A DNA stretch of 63,990 nucleotides, counting the filler, from Octopus bimaculoides (lineage: Eukaryota), in NCBI RefSeq assembly GCF_001194135.2. It is 6 parts of 4 records of this genome, joined end to end, with 100 filler letters (N's around TTAATTAATTAA, not from the genome) between each part and the next. Parts side by side here need not be neighbours in the genome. Positions count along the whole stretch, not along the records: positions 60,340 to 63,990 come from NC_068981.1; 5 more parts are not named here. One strand, written 5' to 3'. Of this stretch, positions 62,890 to 63,990 are shown one piece after another; the stretch's first letter is position 1; each line of letters starts with the position of its first letter. The position numbers and the translations under genes were made by a program. Below the pieces are notes generated by a model. The model was not told where the DNA came from, did not search any database, and saw only the letters and a program-made list of their open reading frames with translations.

Positions 62890-63990
62890 CTCTATCTATC
62901 TATCCATCGATCTATCTATCTATCTATCTATCTATAATTAAAGAATTTGGAGTCAGGGTGACGGGGTACGGTTGGGCATTTATTTATTATTTCAAACCCA
63001 CTACGTGGTATGTTAGTGTATTGTCCTCTACTGTAGATCCGGACAGACCGAAAACTTGTGGCTAAAGTGAGTGGACAGAATATGAAGCATGAGCGTCGCC
63101 TGTATCAAGTGTATGTATGTATATACATATATATNNNNNNNNNNNNNNNNNNNNNNNNNNNNNNNNNNNNNNNNNNNNNNNNNNNNNNNNNNNNNNNNNN
63201 NNNNNNNNNNNNNNNNNNNNNNNNNNNNNNNNNNNNNNNNNNNNNNNNNNNNNNNNNNNNNNNNNNNNNNNNNNNNNNNNNNNNNNNNNNNNNNNNNNNN
63301 NNNNNNNNNNNNNNNNNNNNNNNNNNNNNNNNNNNNNNNNNNNNNNNNNNNNTGCAGAACTCGTTAGCCATACAAAGCACGCTTTCTTTTTACTGATAAG
63401 GGGAGACAAACTCCCCACCACAATTCAGTGGCATCTGATTGGCATGCTAATGTGGCATGAAATGTTATGCTCATCAATAAAGCTTACACCATTAAGGATG
63501 ATGTACTTAAATTGTACCCCATTAATATATACAGAATTTACCATAGGAATCAGTGGTTGATTCTGCAAAACGGTAATGTGAAAATTATAATATAATTAAG
63601 GTGTCTAGAAGCAATACCAACCAAAAGTTACAGGGAGCACCAGCATTGCTAGAATAAGTGTCAAAGAAATCTTTAACTGTAGAAAGCATGTTTTCTTTTA
63701 ACTGACAGGGAAAACGAAATCTCCGCCAAAGTTGAGTGGTAATAATAGAAAATGTGGGTTCTGCGGCTAATGAGTCCATTGACATTTAGTTCTAGCAAAA
63801 CTGCTGCTCCTTGCATCATTCGTCACTGTTTAGTAAAAGTGAATTTTCTCCGTTTTGATTTTGAATTGCGTTTACCCACCTCAAATATATAATGTATGCG
63901 TGTGCTTTTGTGTGTGTATACATACATACACACACACACACACGCACACACACACACACACACGCACACACACACACACACACACATATA

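Overview
This window is not one locus. It is six unrelated sequences from a draft cephalopod (Octopus-type) assembly, joined by five identical artificial 100-bp linkers (44 N + TTAATTAATTAA + 44 N) at 3801-3900, 12407-12506, 28240-28339, 55805-55904 and 60240-60339. Segment 12507-28239 (15,733 bp) is a complete, intact mitochondrial genome linearised at cox3, with 13 CDS (invertebrate mitochondrial code), 22 tRNAs, 2 rRNAs and a control region, in the Octopus gene order. The species is probably Octopus bimaculoides or a relative (inference; needs a cox1 search). The other ~48 kb is gap-rich, microsatellite-rich nuclear DNA with no confidently identifiable host gene. It contains many tRNA-derived SINEs of at least four families and decayed non-LTR retrotransposons (R4/Dong-like, Hero-like, RTE). 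It also has Tc1 and IS630-like transposase remnants and Penelope-like (GIY-YIG) fragments. Nearly all supplied ORFs outside the mitogenome are microsatellite or N artefacts. The most interesting signal is a set of type I hammerhead ribozyme motifs read directly from the sequence. One is fully canonical (10801-10870, minus) and sits inside a 523-bp unit with 54-bp terminal redundancy, which is a retrozyme/pLTR-like architecture. One has an intact core and a 60-nt stem II (45287-45375, minus). One is minimal with a non-canonical CUGUUGA core (46180-46216, plus), and two degenerate copies lie beside Penelope-like ORF remnants. Ribozyme activity and novelty relative to published surveys cannot be established from sequence alone. 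tRNA/rRNA ends are approximate (a few nt) and repeat ends are approximate to tens of nt.
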